A stretch of 64,000 nucleotides of DNA from an uncultured delta proteobacterium. Lineage in GTDB: Bacteria > Desulfobacterota > Binatia > UBA9968. Location: positions 32,001 through 96,000 of the forward strand of contig CAWFJP010000002.1 in NCBI GenBank assembly GCA_963816145.1, written 5' to 3'. Below, in pieces: positions 30,512-40,194 of this stretch (position 1 is its first letter; every line of letters starts with the position of its first letter). The position numbers and the translations under genes were made by a program. The notes below the pieces were generated by a model. The model had not been told where the DNA came from. It did no database searches and saw nothing but the letters and a program-made list of their open reading frames with translations.

Positions 30512-30964
30512 ATGAGAGAAAAGCTTGGGCTCATTGCGTTGGTGCTCTGGATCGTTACCATTGGCGCCTTAGGATTTTTCTTCGTCCATGGCTGGACGAG
30601 CGAAAGCAGCGACCGGCGCACCGCGATTCATCTGGCGCCGGGGGAACGGGATCTCGTGCTCGCTGAAATGCGCCAGATGCTCCACTCGGTGCATAATTTA
30701 GTGACGGGGCTGTCGGCCGGCGATCGTAAGATCATGGAGCAGGCGGCGCGGGCTTCGGGAATGGGCATGGCCGTCGATGTCAATCCGATCATCATGGCCA
30801 AGTTGCCGCTTGCATTCAAGCAGCAAGGAATGAGCGTTCACCATGACTTTGATGCGCTTGCCGATACCATCGCCCAAGGGGCCGATCAAGCGACCGTGCT
30901 ACGCGAATTTACCGGCATCACGGCACGCTGTGTCGGGTGCCATGTCAGTTACCGCTTGCCGTAG
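30512..30964 (+). CDS. Membrane-anchored class II (c'-like) monoheme cytochrome c
   Basis: N-terminal TM, VLAEMRQML helix and C-terminal CVGCH..YR. Confidence 0.78.
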   Translation: MREKLGLIALVLWIVTIGALGFFFVHGWTSESSDRRTAIHLAPGERDLVLAEMRQMLHSVHNLVTGLSAGDRKIMEQAARASGMGMAVDVNPIIMAKLPLAFKQQGMSVHHDFDALADTIAQGADQATVLREFTGITARCVGCHVSYRLP

Positions 30965-31225
30965 TAATCGAGTGTTTCGGTTGGGAGTCTCGAGCAGCTG
31001 ATTCCCATCTCCGCTAAGCCCGGGCTAGTTCAAAGTTGACTCGCCAGGAACCGAGCCGCCTCCGACAGGTTGCCGGATAGCGCTTCTGTTACCGGATTTC
31101 GCGAAACTAATCACGTCGGTCGCTAAATACAGCAAAACTTTTGCAGGTCTGAAATGACTTTTTGTAATTTTTCTCAATAATGAAAAACTTGCCCGCCTAA
31201 CCTTTTATTATGCTTGCAATGATAC

Positions 31226-31240
31226 TGGCACCGCCATTGC
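31226..31240 (+). promoter_or_regulatory. sigma54 -24/-12 promoter for the PFOR operon
   Basis: TGGCACCGCCATTGC, preceded by an AT-rich tract. Confidence 0.7.
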
Positions 31241-31283
31241 GATAGTTAAATACCATGGGTCGATGAGTTGCCGGAGGTGGAGC

Positions 31284-31556
31284 ATGACCGGGATAGAAGA
31301 TGGACGTGAGCTGGAGATTCGGAGAGAAGAGGGTTCGTTCGATGCTGGCGGCGATACCATGGAAGCAGCGACATTTGAGCAGGACAGGCCAGAGGAACGG
31401 GCGCCGCGATCGCGTCTGCCGTGGATCGGTGCTTTGGAGAATCCGCGTTTGGGGCCGATGGTCGTACTCAACGAGAGCGGGTATCTGGTACCGTTGTTGA
31501 CGGCCGGAGATCTATTGCGCGGCTGCAAGTATTTTTGGCACCGGTCGCAGTATTAG
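31284..31556 (+). CDS. Hypothetical protein leading the PFOR operon
   Basis: GGAGG SD before ATG 31284. Stop is 1 nt before the PFOR ATG. Confidence 0.5.
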   Translation: MTGIEDGRELEIRREEGSFDAGGDTMEAATFEQDRPEERAPRSRLPWIGALENPRLGPMVVLNESGYLVPLLTAGDLLRGCKYFWHRSQY

Positions 31557-31557
31557 C

Positions 31558-33513
31558 ATGACCTCATTTCCTTTTCCCGGTATCCCGACGACGGCCGATG
31601 GCTCAGAAGCGGTGGTTTGGATCGAGACTCACATTACCCAGGGAGCGTGCGCCTACCCGATCACCCCGTCGACGAACATGGGCGGCGGCTATCAAATGGC
31701 TGTCGCCAACGGTCAGAAAAACCTCTGGGACGAACCCTTGGCTTTTCTCGAATTGGAGTCGGAGCATAGTTCGGCGAGCACCTGTGAAGGATTTGCCTTG
31801 GCCGGCGGGCGGGTGGCGAACTTCACCTCGGGTCAGGGTCTGATCTTGATGAAGGAAGTTCTCTACGTGATCGCCGGTAAGCGCTTGCCGGTGGTGTTTC
31901 ATATCGGCGCGCGCGCTCTGACGTCCCAGGGATTGAATATTCACGCCGGCCACGACGACGTGATGGGTGTCGCCGATTGCGGTTGGGGCATGCTGTTCGC
32001 GCGCAACGTACAAGAGACGGCCGATCTGGCGTTGATCGCGCGGCGCATCGCCGAAGAATCGGAGACGCCGTTCTTCAACATTCAGGATGGTTTTCTCACC
32101 ACGCACACAATCGAAAGCTTGTGCTTGCCTGAACTGGAACTGATGAAACAATTCGTCGGCGATCCGAATAACGGTCATCGCCTGCGCAATCTGATGGATC
32201 CGGCCCATCCGGTGATGAGTGGGGTGGTGCAGAATCAAGACAGTTATATGAAAGGCAAGATCGCCCAGCGCTTTTTCTACGATCGAATTCCTTCGATCAT
32301 GAAACGGGTGATGGACGAGTTCTATGCATTAACCGGCCGGCGTTACGGCATGATCGATACTTACGCGTTGACTGATGCCGAGTACGCGATTGTGGGTTTG
32401 GGAAGTGTCATCGAGACGGCCAGCGCCACGGCAAAATATCTGCGCCAGAAAATTGGCGTCAAGGTTGGCACGTTGCACGTGACGAGCTTCCGGCCTTTTC
32501 CTGGAGCGGAGATCGTCGACGCACTGAAAAATGTCAAAGCGTTGGCGATCCTCGAGCGGATGGATAATCCCGCAGCGCAGTCCAACCCCTTGACCAGTGA
32601 GATCAAAGCGGCATTTGCCGACGCTTTATCCGGCGCTCCCGGCTATCCGAAAATCGATCGCGCGCCGGTGATCTACTCCGGTTCCGCCGGTTTGGGCAGC
32701 CGCGATGTTCGCCCCGGAGATTTCGTCAGCGTCATTGAACACCTGCGCAACGCCGGTAAGCGACGCTTCTTCGTCCTGGGTATTGAGCATGAGCTTGCCC
32801 TCCCTGTGGCCGATGAGCCCGATGTCCGGCCCAAGGGCGCATTTTCCATGCGCGGCCATTCGATCGGCGGTTACGGCTCGGTGACCACCAACAAAGTCAT
32901 TGCGACCATCGTCGGCGATCTTTTCGGTCTCAAAGTGCAGGCCTACCCGATGTACGGGTCGGAGAAAAAAGGTTTGCCGACGACTTATTTTCTCACCGTG
33001 GCCGAAGAGCCCATCGGCGCCCACGCCGAGTTGCGCCACGTCGACTTCGTGCCGCTCAACAATGTCAATGCGTTCAATATCGGCAATCCGCTCGCGGGTC
33101 TCATTCCCGGCGGCACGGTATTCATCCAACACCCGAGCCGCGATCCGCAGCAAATCTGGTCGACGATCCCGGCAAATGCCCGGCAGTTCATCCGGGAAAA
33201 TCGTATCCGCGTATTGGCTCTCGATGCGGTCAAAGTGGGCCAGGAAGTGAGCAGCCAGCGCGAACTGGCGCAGCGCATGCAAGGGATCGTCTTGCTCGGC
33301 GTGTTCTTGCGCGTGGCACCATTCGTTCAGGCGCGCGGTTTAAGCGATGCTGAGGTCGATGCGACAGTGGAAAAATCGCTGCGCAAGTTCTTCGGCAAGC
33401 GCGGTGAAAAGGTCGTGCAGGAGAATCTTGCAGCGGTGCGGCGTGGCCGGAGCGAGGCGATAGAAATTACCAGCGAAGTGATGGTTTCAGCGCCATCGGA
33501 AGGCAAACCATGA
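31558..33513 (+). CDS. Pyruvate/2-oxoacid:ferredoxin oxidoreductase, alpha+gamma part
   Basis: YPITPS, ESEH, FTSGQGL, GHDD, QDGFLTTH, GGYGSVTTNK and YGSEKKG. Confidence 0.9.
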   Translation: MTSFPFPGIPTTADGSEAVVWIETHITQGACAYPITPSTNMGGGYQMAVANGQKNLWDEPLAFLELESEHSSASTCEGFALAGGRVANFTSGQGLILMKEVLYVIAGKRLPVVFHIGARALTSQGLNIHAGHDDVMGVADCGWGMLFARNVQETADLALIARRIAEESETPFFNIQDGFLTTHTIESLCLPELELMKQFVGDPNNGHRLRNLMDPAHPVMSGVVQNQDSYMKGKIAQRFFYDRIPSIMKRVMDEFYALTGRRYGMIDTYALTDAEYAIVGLGSVIETASATAKYLRQKIGVKVGTLHVTSFRPFPGAEIVDALKNVKALAILERMDNPAAQSNPLTSEIKAAFADALSGAPGYPKIDRAPVIYSGSAGLGSRDVRPGDFVSVIEHLRNAGKRRFFVLGIEHELALPVADEPDVRPKGAFSMRGHSIGGYGSVTTNKVIATIVGDLFGLKVQAYPMYGSEKKGLPTTYFLTVAEEPIGAHAELRHVDFVPLNNVNAFNIGNPLAGLIPGGTVFIQHPSRDPQQIWSTIPANARQFIRENRIRVLALDAVKVGQEVSSQRELAQRMQGIVLLGVFLRVAPFVQARGLSDAEVDATVEKSLRKFFGKRGEKVVQENLAAVRRGRSEAIEITSEVMVSAPSEGKP

Positions 33514-33929
33514 GCGACGTAAGGGTACAAGACTGGATGCACCGCGGTGTGGTTACGTGTCAGCCGGACACGCCGGTGGCTGAGGTTGCGGCGACGATGG
33601 ATACCAAAGACATCAGCGCTCTGGTGGTGGTCAATGAGCATGGCGCGGCCGTCGGTGTGATCTCGCGCACCGATTTAATCAACGCCCGCTTCGTACAACC
33701 GTATATGAAACATTGGCACGGTTTGAATGCGGAGCATTTGATGACCAAACCGGTGATCAGCGTCGCACCTGATACCACAATCAATGAGGCGGTACAGATG
33801 CTCAACGAGAAACATATCCACCGATTGGTTGTGGTCGAGAAGGCGAGCGACCATCTGCGACCGATCGGGATTCTCTCGGTGACTGACCTGGCCAAGCATG
33901 TCAGCGACATGCCGATGGGCGAGGAGTGA
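33510..33929 (+). CDS. CBS-pair protein
   Basis: Two CBS motifs (SALVVV..GVISRTD and HRLVVV..GILSVTD). Overlaps both neighbours. Confidence 0.88.
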   Translation: MSDVRVQDWMHRGVVTCQPDTPVAEVAATMDTKDISALVVVNEHGAAVGVISRTDLINARFVQPYMKHWHGLNAEHLMTKPVISVAPDTTINEAVQMLNEKHIHRLVVVEKASDHLRPIGILSVTDLAKHVSDMPMGEE

Positions 33930-35623
33930 AAATGGCGGATCAAGAAACTGTCTTTAACCCCTTGGAATCGGAAGGCCGCGAGCCGATCGCGCTGCCAGGA
34001 ATCAAACAGCCCGGCGCGGCGATGGAGACCCATGAAGCGACCTTCGCCGATACTCATCTGATCGAGCTCGATCTTGATAAGTACGTCGACGACTTCAACC
34101 GGCGCGTGATCGGCGCCTATCAAGAGGGCAAGGGCTCGGCGATTTTGGCCGCCGATCTCGGCGTGGCGCGCAGTTTGATTCCCGCCGGCACCGGCGCCCT
34201 GCGCGACTTCAGCTACATTGCGCCGGAAATTCCCGAGTTCGATTTCGAAAAATGCGTCGGCTGCATGACCTGTGTGACCGAATGCCCGGACACCGCGATT
34301 CTTGGCAAAGCGATTCCAGAATCCAAAGTCGCCAAGGCGCTGAGTGAAATCAGCGATGACAAAGAACGAGTGTGGGTGAGTTCACACTGGTCGCGTACCA
34401 AAAAATATTATGACGTTCCGGCAAAGAAGGGTGACGAAGGCGCGTTGTTCGGCATCTTTATCGATCCGACCAAGTGCAAAGGCTGCGCTGAGTGCGTCCA
34501 GGTTTGCGACGAGCTCGACTATCACGCGCTCAAGATGGTCGCTAAGGATGAGACCACGCTGCCGCGCTATCGCTCCGCCTTCAATCTCTTCCGCCAGATC
34601 GGGCCCACGCCGGAAGAATATATCAATCAAAAAGCGCTCGCCGACTTCATGCTCGCCGAACAGGCGTCTTTGCTCTACGTCGGCGGCGCCGGCTCGTGCA
34701 TGGGCTGCGGCGAGGCGACGGCGATCCGGATGATGCTCGCGGCGACGGGATTCGTCCATGGACCGGAGAACCTCGGCATTGTCGCGGCCACCGGCTGCAA
34801 CACGGTTTACGGCTCGACCTATCCTTACAATCCTTACATCGTGCCGTGGACCAATTCTCTTTTCGAAAACGCACCGGCGGACGCGATGGGCGTGCGGGCG
34901 CGCTGGAATCAACGCGGTTGGGAATACAAAAAACTCTGGGTCATCGGCGGCGACGGCGCGATGTACGACATCGGCTTGCAGAGTTTGAGCCGGATGCTCG
35001 CGAGCGGTATGGATATCAAGGTGCTGGTCCTCGACACTCAAGTTTATTCAAACACCGGAGGGCAGGCTTCGACCGCGACGTTTACCGCACAGGACGCCAA
35101 GATGGCGTCATTCGGCAAAGAAGGGCGTGGCAAGCGCGAACGGCGCAAGGAATTGTCGCAGATTTGCCTGGCCCATCCCGATGTCTTTGTCGCGCAGACC
35201 ACAGCGGCGCATATCAATCATTTCTATAAAGCCATTATCGAAGCGAACGATTATCCCGGCCCAGCGGTGATCAATGTTTACACCACTTGTCAGCCGGAGC
35301 ATGGCGTGCCCGATTGCAATTCCGCGCGCCAAGCCAAGTTGGCGGTAGAAAGCCGCACGTTTCCGCTGTTCATATACGATCCGCGCAAGGGCGACAAAAT
35401 TCGCGAGCGCTTGAGTCTGGTGGGCAACCCGGCGCAGAAGGAGGATTGGTGGACGCCGCCGCAAAGCGATCAGCCCTGCACTTTTGTCGACTTCGCGCGC
35501 ACCGAAGGGCGCTTCGCCAAACAGTTCGATCGCGACGGCCAGCCATCGACAGCGCTGCTACTGACGCAACAAGATCGCTTACAGAACTGGCATGCGCTGC
35601 AAGAACTAGCGGGGCTGCGCTAG
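33926..35623 (+). CDS. Pyruvate/2-oxoacid:ferredoxin oxidoreductase, ferredoxin+beta (TPP-binding) part
   Basis: CVGCMTCVTECP, CKGCAECVQVC, SCMGCGE, ATGC, NSLFEN and GGDGAMYDIG..YSNTGGQ. Confidence 0.9.
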   Translation: MKMADQETVFNPLESEGREPIALPGIKQPGAAMETHEATFADTHLIELDLDKYVDDFNRRVIGAYQEGKGSAILAADLGVARSLIPAGTGALRDFSYIAPEIPEFDFEKCVGCMTCVTECPDTAILGKAIPESKVAKALSEISDDKERVWVSSHWSRTKKYYDVPAKKGDEGALFGIFIDPTKCKGCAECVQVCDELDYHALKMVAKDETTLPRYRSAFNLFRQIGPTPEEYINQKALADFMLAEQASLLYVGGAGSCMGCGEATAIRMMLAATGFVHGPENLGIVAATGCNTVYGSTYPYNPYIVPWTNSLFENAPADAMGVRARWNQRGWEYKKLWVIGGDGAMYDIGLQSLSRMLASGMDIKVLVLDTQVYSNTGGQASTATFTAQDAKMASFGKEGRGKRERRKELSQICLAHPDVFVAQTTAAHINHFYKAIIEANDYPGPAVINVYTTCQPEHGVPDCNSARQAKLAVESRTFPLFIYDPRKGDKIRERLSLVGNPAQKEDWWTPPQSDQPCTFVDFARTEGRFAKQFDRDGQPSTALLLTQQDRLQNWHALQELAGLR

Positions 35624-35646
35624 CACCGAGGAAATGAGGTGGCGTT

Positions 35647-36075
35647 ATGGCAAAAGCGAAAATGTTTGTCGTGGCGATCGATTTTTCTCGCGGGTCGGAA
35701 AAGGCCTTCGATTATGCACTGCGCTCGGCGCGCGAAGGTAAAGCGAAGCTTGTGGCGCTGAACGTCGTGCCGGCGGAACTGATCTATCCGCCGACCGGGG
35801 GGCAATTCGACTTCTACGGGTTGATGGAACGAGATGCCCGCGATCGCTTTGCCAAGTTGGTGAAGCGCAAAGCCATCAAGCCAGGAGAGTGCAAGCTCGT
35901 GTTGGCGCGCGGTACCGATTTCGCCGCGGTGATCGTGCGGCAGGCCAAGAAGCTGCGAGCAGAGTTGATTATCATGGGCAGTCATGGCCGAACGGGTTTG
36001 CGCCGGTTGCTGTTGGGCAGTGTGGCGGAGCGAACCTTGCGCTACGCCGGCTGTCCGGTGCTGATCGTCAAGTGA
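35647..36075 (+). CDS. Universal stress protein (USP)
   Basis: VAIDFS and IIMGSHGRTG..LLGSVAE..CPVLIVK. Confidence 0.92.
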   Translation: MAKAKMFVVAIDFSRGSEKAFDYALRSAREGKAKLVALNVVPAELIYPPTGGQFDFYGLMERDARDRFAKLVKRKAIKPGECKLVLARGTDFAAVIVRQAKKLRAELIIMGSHGRTGLRRLLLGSVAERTLRYAGCPVLIVK

Positions 36076-36106
36076 TGGTCCGGAAGCGTGCTTGCGGCGG
36101 TGGGGA

Positions 36107-36697
36107 ATGGCATGAAGTTGCACGGTTTTTTCCTTCGTTTTGGCCCGAACGCTTTACGGATCGCAGGGACATGCCCATGCGGTTGATGTGGCCGCAGAGC
36201 CGTTAGTTCGTAAGACGATCTTCGGGGTGCTGTTGCACGATCGCGGTCCGTTTAACGATCGTAATGAAAACGGCGTTGATCCCAACTGGAAATTGGAGCT
36301 TAATCCGCCGAAGTGGTCAGCTTGGCGCTGGCTTGGCTCGCCCGAACCGATTCTCGGTGTGACGCCTAATTTCAGTGGTGACACCAGCGCCTTCTATGCT
36401 GGGCTCAATTACGAATTGAGCTTGTCCAATCGCTGGACCGACGAGCTAACCTTGAGTTTGACCAAGCATATCTTCGTTGGCGCCAGCAATAAAAACGGCT
36501 GCAAGGAAGAGAGCGATTGCGGCTTCGGCTATCGTGTGTTGCCGCGTCTCGGCTTCGAAGTCGGGGGTTATCTCTCGGCGAAACAGGGAATTTCAATTTT
36601 CTACAATCATATGTCGCACAAGGACATACTGCCCGGAGAGAACGAAGGCCTCGATCACATCGGCAGCCGTTATCACTTTCTGTTCAATCGCCGATGA
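36107..36697 (+). pseudogene. PagL/acyloxyacyl-hydrolase-like outer membrane beta-barrel, probably degraded
   Basis: C-terminal YNHMSH..NEGLDHIGSRY resembles the PagL HxS(N) motif. In-frame ATG GCA TGA at 36107-36115 cuts the signal peptide. Confidence 0.45.
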
Positions 36698-36738
36698 CGA
36701 CTTCGTCGGATCGCTTGAGCCTGCGGGAACGTGATCGA

Positions 36739-39465
36739 TCAGGCGACGCGAATTCTCGCGTCGACGATCCAACAGCCTTGTCCGGGCGGGAGGGCGATTA
36801 CCGGATTCAAATCTAACTCTGAAATGTCCGGGATCTCTTCTACCAAGCGGGCGACGCGCAGCAGCAGCTCTTCGATCGCCGCAAGGTCAGCCGGTGGGTG
36901 GCCGCGATAACCTTCGAGCAGACGATAGCCGCGGATGCTGCGGATCATCTCCTTGGCATCGCGATCAGTGATCGGCGTGACGCGGAAGCAAACATCTTTG
37001 AGAATCTCGACATGAATCCCGCCGAGGCCGAATCCAATCAGAGGGCCGAAGGATGGATCTTGTGTGACGCCAACCATGAGCTCGACACCGCCGCCGATCA
37101 TTGGTTGTACCAGTACCCCGTCGAAGGCATCGATACGATGTGCCTCGGCCAGCCGTTCGTGAATTGTTGCAAAGGCATGACGGACCGCTAATTCGTCTTG
37201 CAGGTTGAGTTCCACTCCACCGAATTCAGTTTTGTGGACGATCTGGCGTGACGCTAGTTTGAGCGCCACCGGAAAGCCGATGGCGCGAGCTGCTTCTACG
37301 GTATCGTCCACCATACGGCAAATTGCGCTGCGCGGCAGCGGCAAGCTAAAATTTTTGAGAATGGTTCGCACTTCCTCGGCGCCGAGCCAACCCGCTCCGC
37401 GATCTCGTAGGATTGTATGGCAGAGCGCGCGGGCGGGTTCCACTTGAATATCGTCGAAGTCGGGAATCACTCCCGGCGGCTGTTGGCGCCATTCGGCGTA
37501 GTTCGCCATTTTCCCCAGCACTCGCGCCGCGTTTTCGGGGAAGGCGTAGTTTGGCAACCGCTCATCCGGCGATTCGCCGACGGAGCTGAGTTTGTCACCG
37601 TCCATGATGCAGGTAAGGACAGGTTTCGCCGCGCCTCCCTCGGCGCGCACGGTAGCAACACCGTTAGAGATGCCTCGGGCGATGGCTGAGATATCCGCGA
37701 GTCCGACGTGGATCGTTAGGACGATAACGGCGTCGACTTGTGGATCGCGCAATAAGATCTCGGTTGCCGCACGGAAATGCTCCGCGGTCGCTGACGCGAT
37801 CATGTCGATGGGATTCGACACGCTTGCTGTGGTTGGCAGGAATTCTTTCAGTTGAATCTTGGTCGCGTCGCTCAGTTCTTGAACCAGCAGATCGTTCGCT
37901 TCGCAAGTGTCGGCGCACAGAATGCCCAAACCGCCGGCGTTGGTGAGGATGGCAACGCGTCGGCCTTGCGGTAAAGGCTGACCGCTCAACGCTGCGGCGA
38001 GATCGAACATCTCGTCGAGAGTTTCCGCGCGGATGACGCCGGTTTGGTGAAACAGCGCATCCACCGCGACATCGCTGGCAGCCAGCGCGGCGGTATGTGA
38101 GCTGGCGGCCCGTTTGCCGGCGTTGGTTCGCCCGGCTTTTACCGCAACGATCGGTTTGTGCCGGCTGACTCGGCTGGCGATCCGCCCGAACCTTCTGGGA
38201 TTACCGAAGGATTCCAAATAAAGTAGGACGACATCAGTGCGGCTGTCGATCTCCCAATATTGCAGCAAGTCGTTGCCCGAGACATCGGCTTTGTTGCCGA
38301 CACTGACGAAGTTCGATAAACCGAGGCCGCGCCGGCGCGCTAGTGCAATGATCGCCAACCCCAGCGCGCCGCTTTGGGATGAGAAAGCGATGCGTCCGGC
38401 AGGCGGGAAATCCGGGGCGAACGAGGCGTTCAACCGCACGGCGGGGTCCGTGTTCAACAAACCCAGGCAGTTTGGACCCACCATGCGCATGCCGTGGCCA
38501 CGCACTTTTTCCAAAAGCCGCCGTTGCAGTTCGCGCCCTTCGGCGCCGATCTCGGCAAATCCTGCGGTGATAACGACCACGGCACGCAGCCCGCGTGCGG
38601 CGCAGTCATCGACCACTCCCATGACCGCATCGCGTGGCACGGCAATCACCGCTAGATCCGGCGCTTCTGGAATATCGCGCACCGAGGGGTAGGCGCGCAG
38701 AGATCCAATTGCCGTGGCTTTCGGATTGATCGGATAGAGTGGGCCGCGAAAGCCGGCATCGACGGCGGCCTGTAAAAGCCTGGTGCCGATATTGGCCGGA
38801 TTGCGCGAGGCACCGATGATCGCGACGGACCGCGGCTGAAAGAACGGCCGCAGAGAAGCGGCTGTCGATACCCGGTCGCGCAGTTCGGCATGTGTCACAC
38901 TTGCCGCGCTCGGCGTCAGATCAAGATCGATTTCAACAACGCCTTGGTCTGCTTTAGTTCGGCATGCAAAACCCGACTTGCGAAAGACGTCGATCATTGG
39001 CTGGTTTTCGAACATGGTCATCGCCCAAAAATGACGAATCCCGTTCACCGCTGCGATGAGCGCCAGCCGTTCGAGTAGTAAAGTGCCGATGCCTTTGCCT
39101 TGGTAGGTGTCAGCGACCGCCAGACCGATATCAGCGGCGTTGGCGTCTATCACGACGTAAGAGCCCACAGCGATGATGGTTTCCACATCTCCAATTAATT
39201 GGGTGACGACCAGGGTGAGTTGCTTGCGGGCGTCGCTGGCATCGCAAAAGGAGATTATGATTTTTTCATCTGGAAGCGAGTGCGAGAAAAAACGACGCAA
39301 CCGCGATTGCTTCGATAGCGAGGCAAAGAAGTTTGCCATCGTCGCCAGGTCGCTGGGCCGAGCAGCGCGAATGGTGGCCGACATGCCGTCGCGTAAAGTT
39401 AACCGGCCCGACCCTGGCGCATCCTGCGTGGGGATCGGCACAAAATGAGGACGAACAGATGCCAT
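36739..39465 (-). CDS. GNAT + NDP-forming acyl-CoA synthetase fusion (Pat-type protein acetyltransferase, GNAT at the N-terminus)
   Basis: QGKGIGTLLL (GNAT motif A), SVAIIGAS, GPNCLG, SQSGA, SVGNKAD, SHTAALA, and ATP-grasp HKTEFGGV..DLNP. Confidence 0.9.
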   Translation of the reverse strand: MASVRPHFVPIPTQDAPGSGRLTLRDGMSATIRAARPSDLATMANFFASLSKQSRLRRFFSHSLPDEKIIISFCDASDARKQLTLVVTQLIGDVETIIAVGSYVVIDANAADIGLAVADTYQGKGIGTLLLERLALIAAVNGIRHFWAMTMFENQPMIDVFRKSGFACRTKADQGVVEIDLDLTPSAASVTHAELRDRVSTAASLRPFFQPRSVAIIGASRNPANIGTRLLQAAVDAGFRGPLYPINPKATAIGSLRAYPSVRDIPEAPDLAVIAVPRDAVMGVVDDCAARGLRAVVVITAGFAEIGAEGRELQRRLLEKVRGHGMRMVGPNCLGLLNTDPAVRLNASFAPDFPPAGRIAFSSQSGALGLAIIALARRRGLGLSNFVSVGNKADVSGNDLLQYWEIDSRTDVVLLYLESFGNPRRFGRIASRVSRHKPIVAVKAGRTNAGKRAASSHTAALAASDVAVDALFHQTGVIRAETLDEMFDLAAALSGQPLPQGRRVAILTNAGGLGILCADTCEANDLLVQELSDATKIQLKEFLPTTASVSNPIDMIASATAEHFRAATEILLRDPQVDAVIVLTIHVGLADISAIARGISNGVATVRAEGGAAKPVLTCIMDGDKLSSVGESPDERLPNYAFPENAARVLGKMANYAEWRQQPPGVIPDFDDIQVEPARALCHTILRDRGAGWLGAEEVRTILKNFSLPLPRSAICRMVDDTVEAARAIGFPVALKLASRQIVHKTEFGGVELNLQDELAVRHAFATIHERLAEAHRIDAFDGVLVQPMIGGGVELMVGVTQDPSFGPLIGFGLGGIHVEILKDVCFRVTPITDRDAKEMIRSIRGYRLLEGYRGHPPADLAAIEELLLRVARLVEEIPDISELDLNPVIALPPGQGCWIVDARIRVA

Positions 39466-39507
39466 AAGTCCTTACTAGGCTTCTGCTTCGGTATTTTCAA
39501 GGAAATG

Positions 39508-39897
39508 CTAGGCCATCAAATAGCTGCGCAGAACATTTCGTACCATGGGAAATTGCAGCGGCTTGTAGAGAACCTCGGCGGCGCCGGCAGTACGGGCGCG
39601 CTCGACGCGTGCTTCGATATTGCAGGCGGTGGTCCAACCGGTATTGATGACGACCGGGATGTTTCGAGTGCTCCTATTCGACTTGAGCCGCACGGTTACT
39701 TCATCGCCGTTCAATCCCGGCAACTGGACGTCCAACATAATTAGATCCGGTCGAATACTGGAAGCCTTATCGATGGCCTCCGGACCCGTAGCGCCTTCGA
39801 AAACTTCATGGCCCAAGCCTTTGAGAAAGGTTCCGAGGGCGGCTCGAACGGTGGCATTGCTATCGACGATCAATACTTTCTTGTTGGTGTGCTGCAT
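39508..39897 (-). CDS. Single-domain response regulator
   Basis: VLIVD, LIMLDVQLPGLNG, VINTG and YKP. Confidence 0.88.
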   Translation of the reverse strand: MQHTNKKVLIVDSNATVRAALGTFLKGLGHEVFEGATGPEAIDKASSIRPDLIMLDVQLPGLNGDEVTVRLKSNRSTRNIPVVINTGWTTACNIEARVERARTAGAAEVLYKPLQFPMVRNVLRSYLMA

Positions 39898-39911
39898 GAT
39901 CAGGAACTAGA

Positions 39912-39926
39912 GCACGAAAGGTGCCA
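39912..39926 (-). promoter_or_regulatory. sigma54 -24/-12 promoter (near-leaderless transcript predicted)
   Basis: Minus strand reads TGGCACCTTTCGTGC, 14 nt before ATG 39897. Confidence 0.5.
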
Positions 39927-40126
39927 GGGCCGGCAATCCTGGTCCCTGGGGCAATTACAGTCCGGTCGCCGCATTCCAGTGCCAACTAACGATGGGTTTC
40001 GCCGATCCCCGCATTTCATCTGCTAAGTAAGAATTTCCCTTCTTCGGTTAGTTTTACTTGGCTGAGATCAGGTAGCGAGGCAGTGCGAAGGTTAAGAGAT
40101 CGCCCGTGGAGCGGTAAGATGGTGAA

Positions 40127-40154
40127 TTGACAAGTTCCGCTAGGGGTAGATAAT
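40127..40154 (+). promoter_or_regulatory. sigma70-type promoter
   Basis: TTGACA-N16-GATAAT upstream of the lipoprotein gene. Confidence 0.4.
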
Positions 40155-40194
40155 GACTCCAGGATTGCCCGATGGGTTCAGAGAGGAGAAGTTT

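Noticed and set aside
36113-36115. In-frame TGA as a second selenocysteine codon
   Set aside because: Falls in codon 3 of a signal peptide with no SECIS-like hairpin. A nonsense mutation is more likely.
39971-39984. TGGCAC..GC box on the minus strand
   Set aside because: GG-GC spacing is 9 nt, not the 10 nt sigma54 requires.
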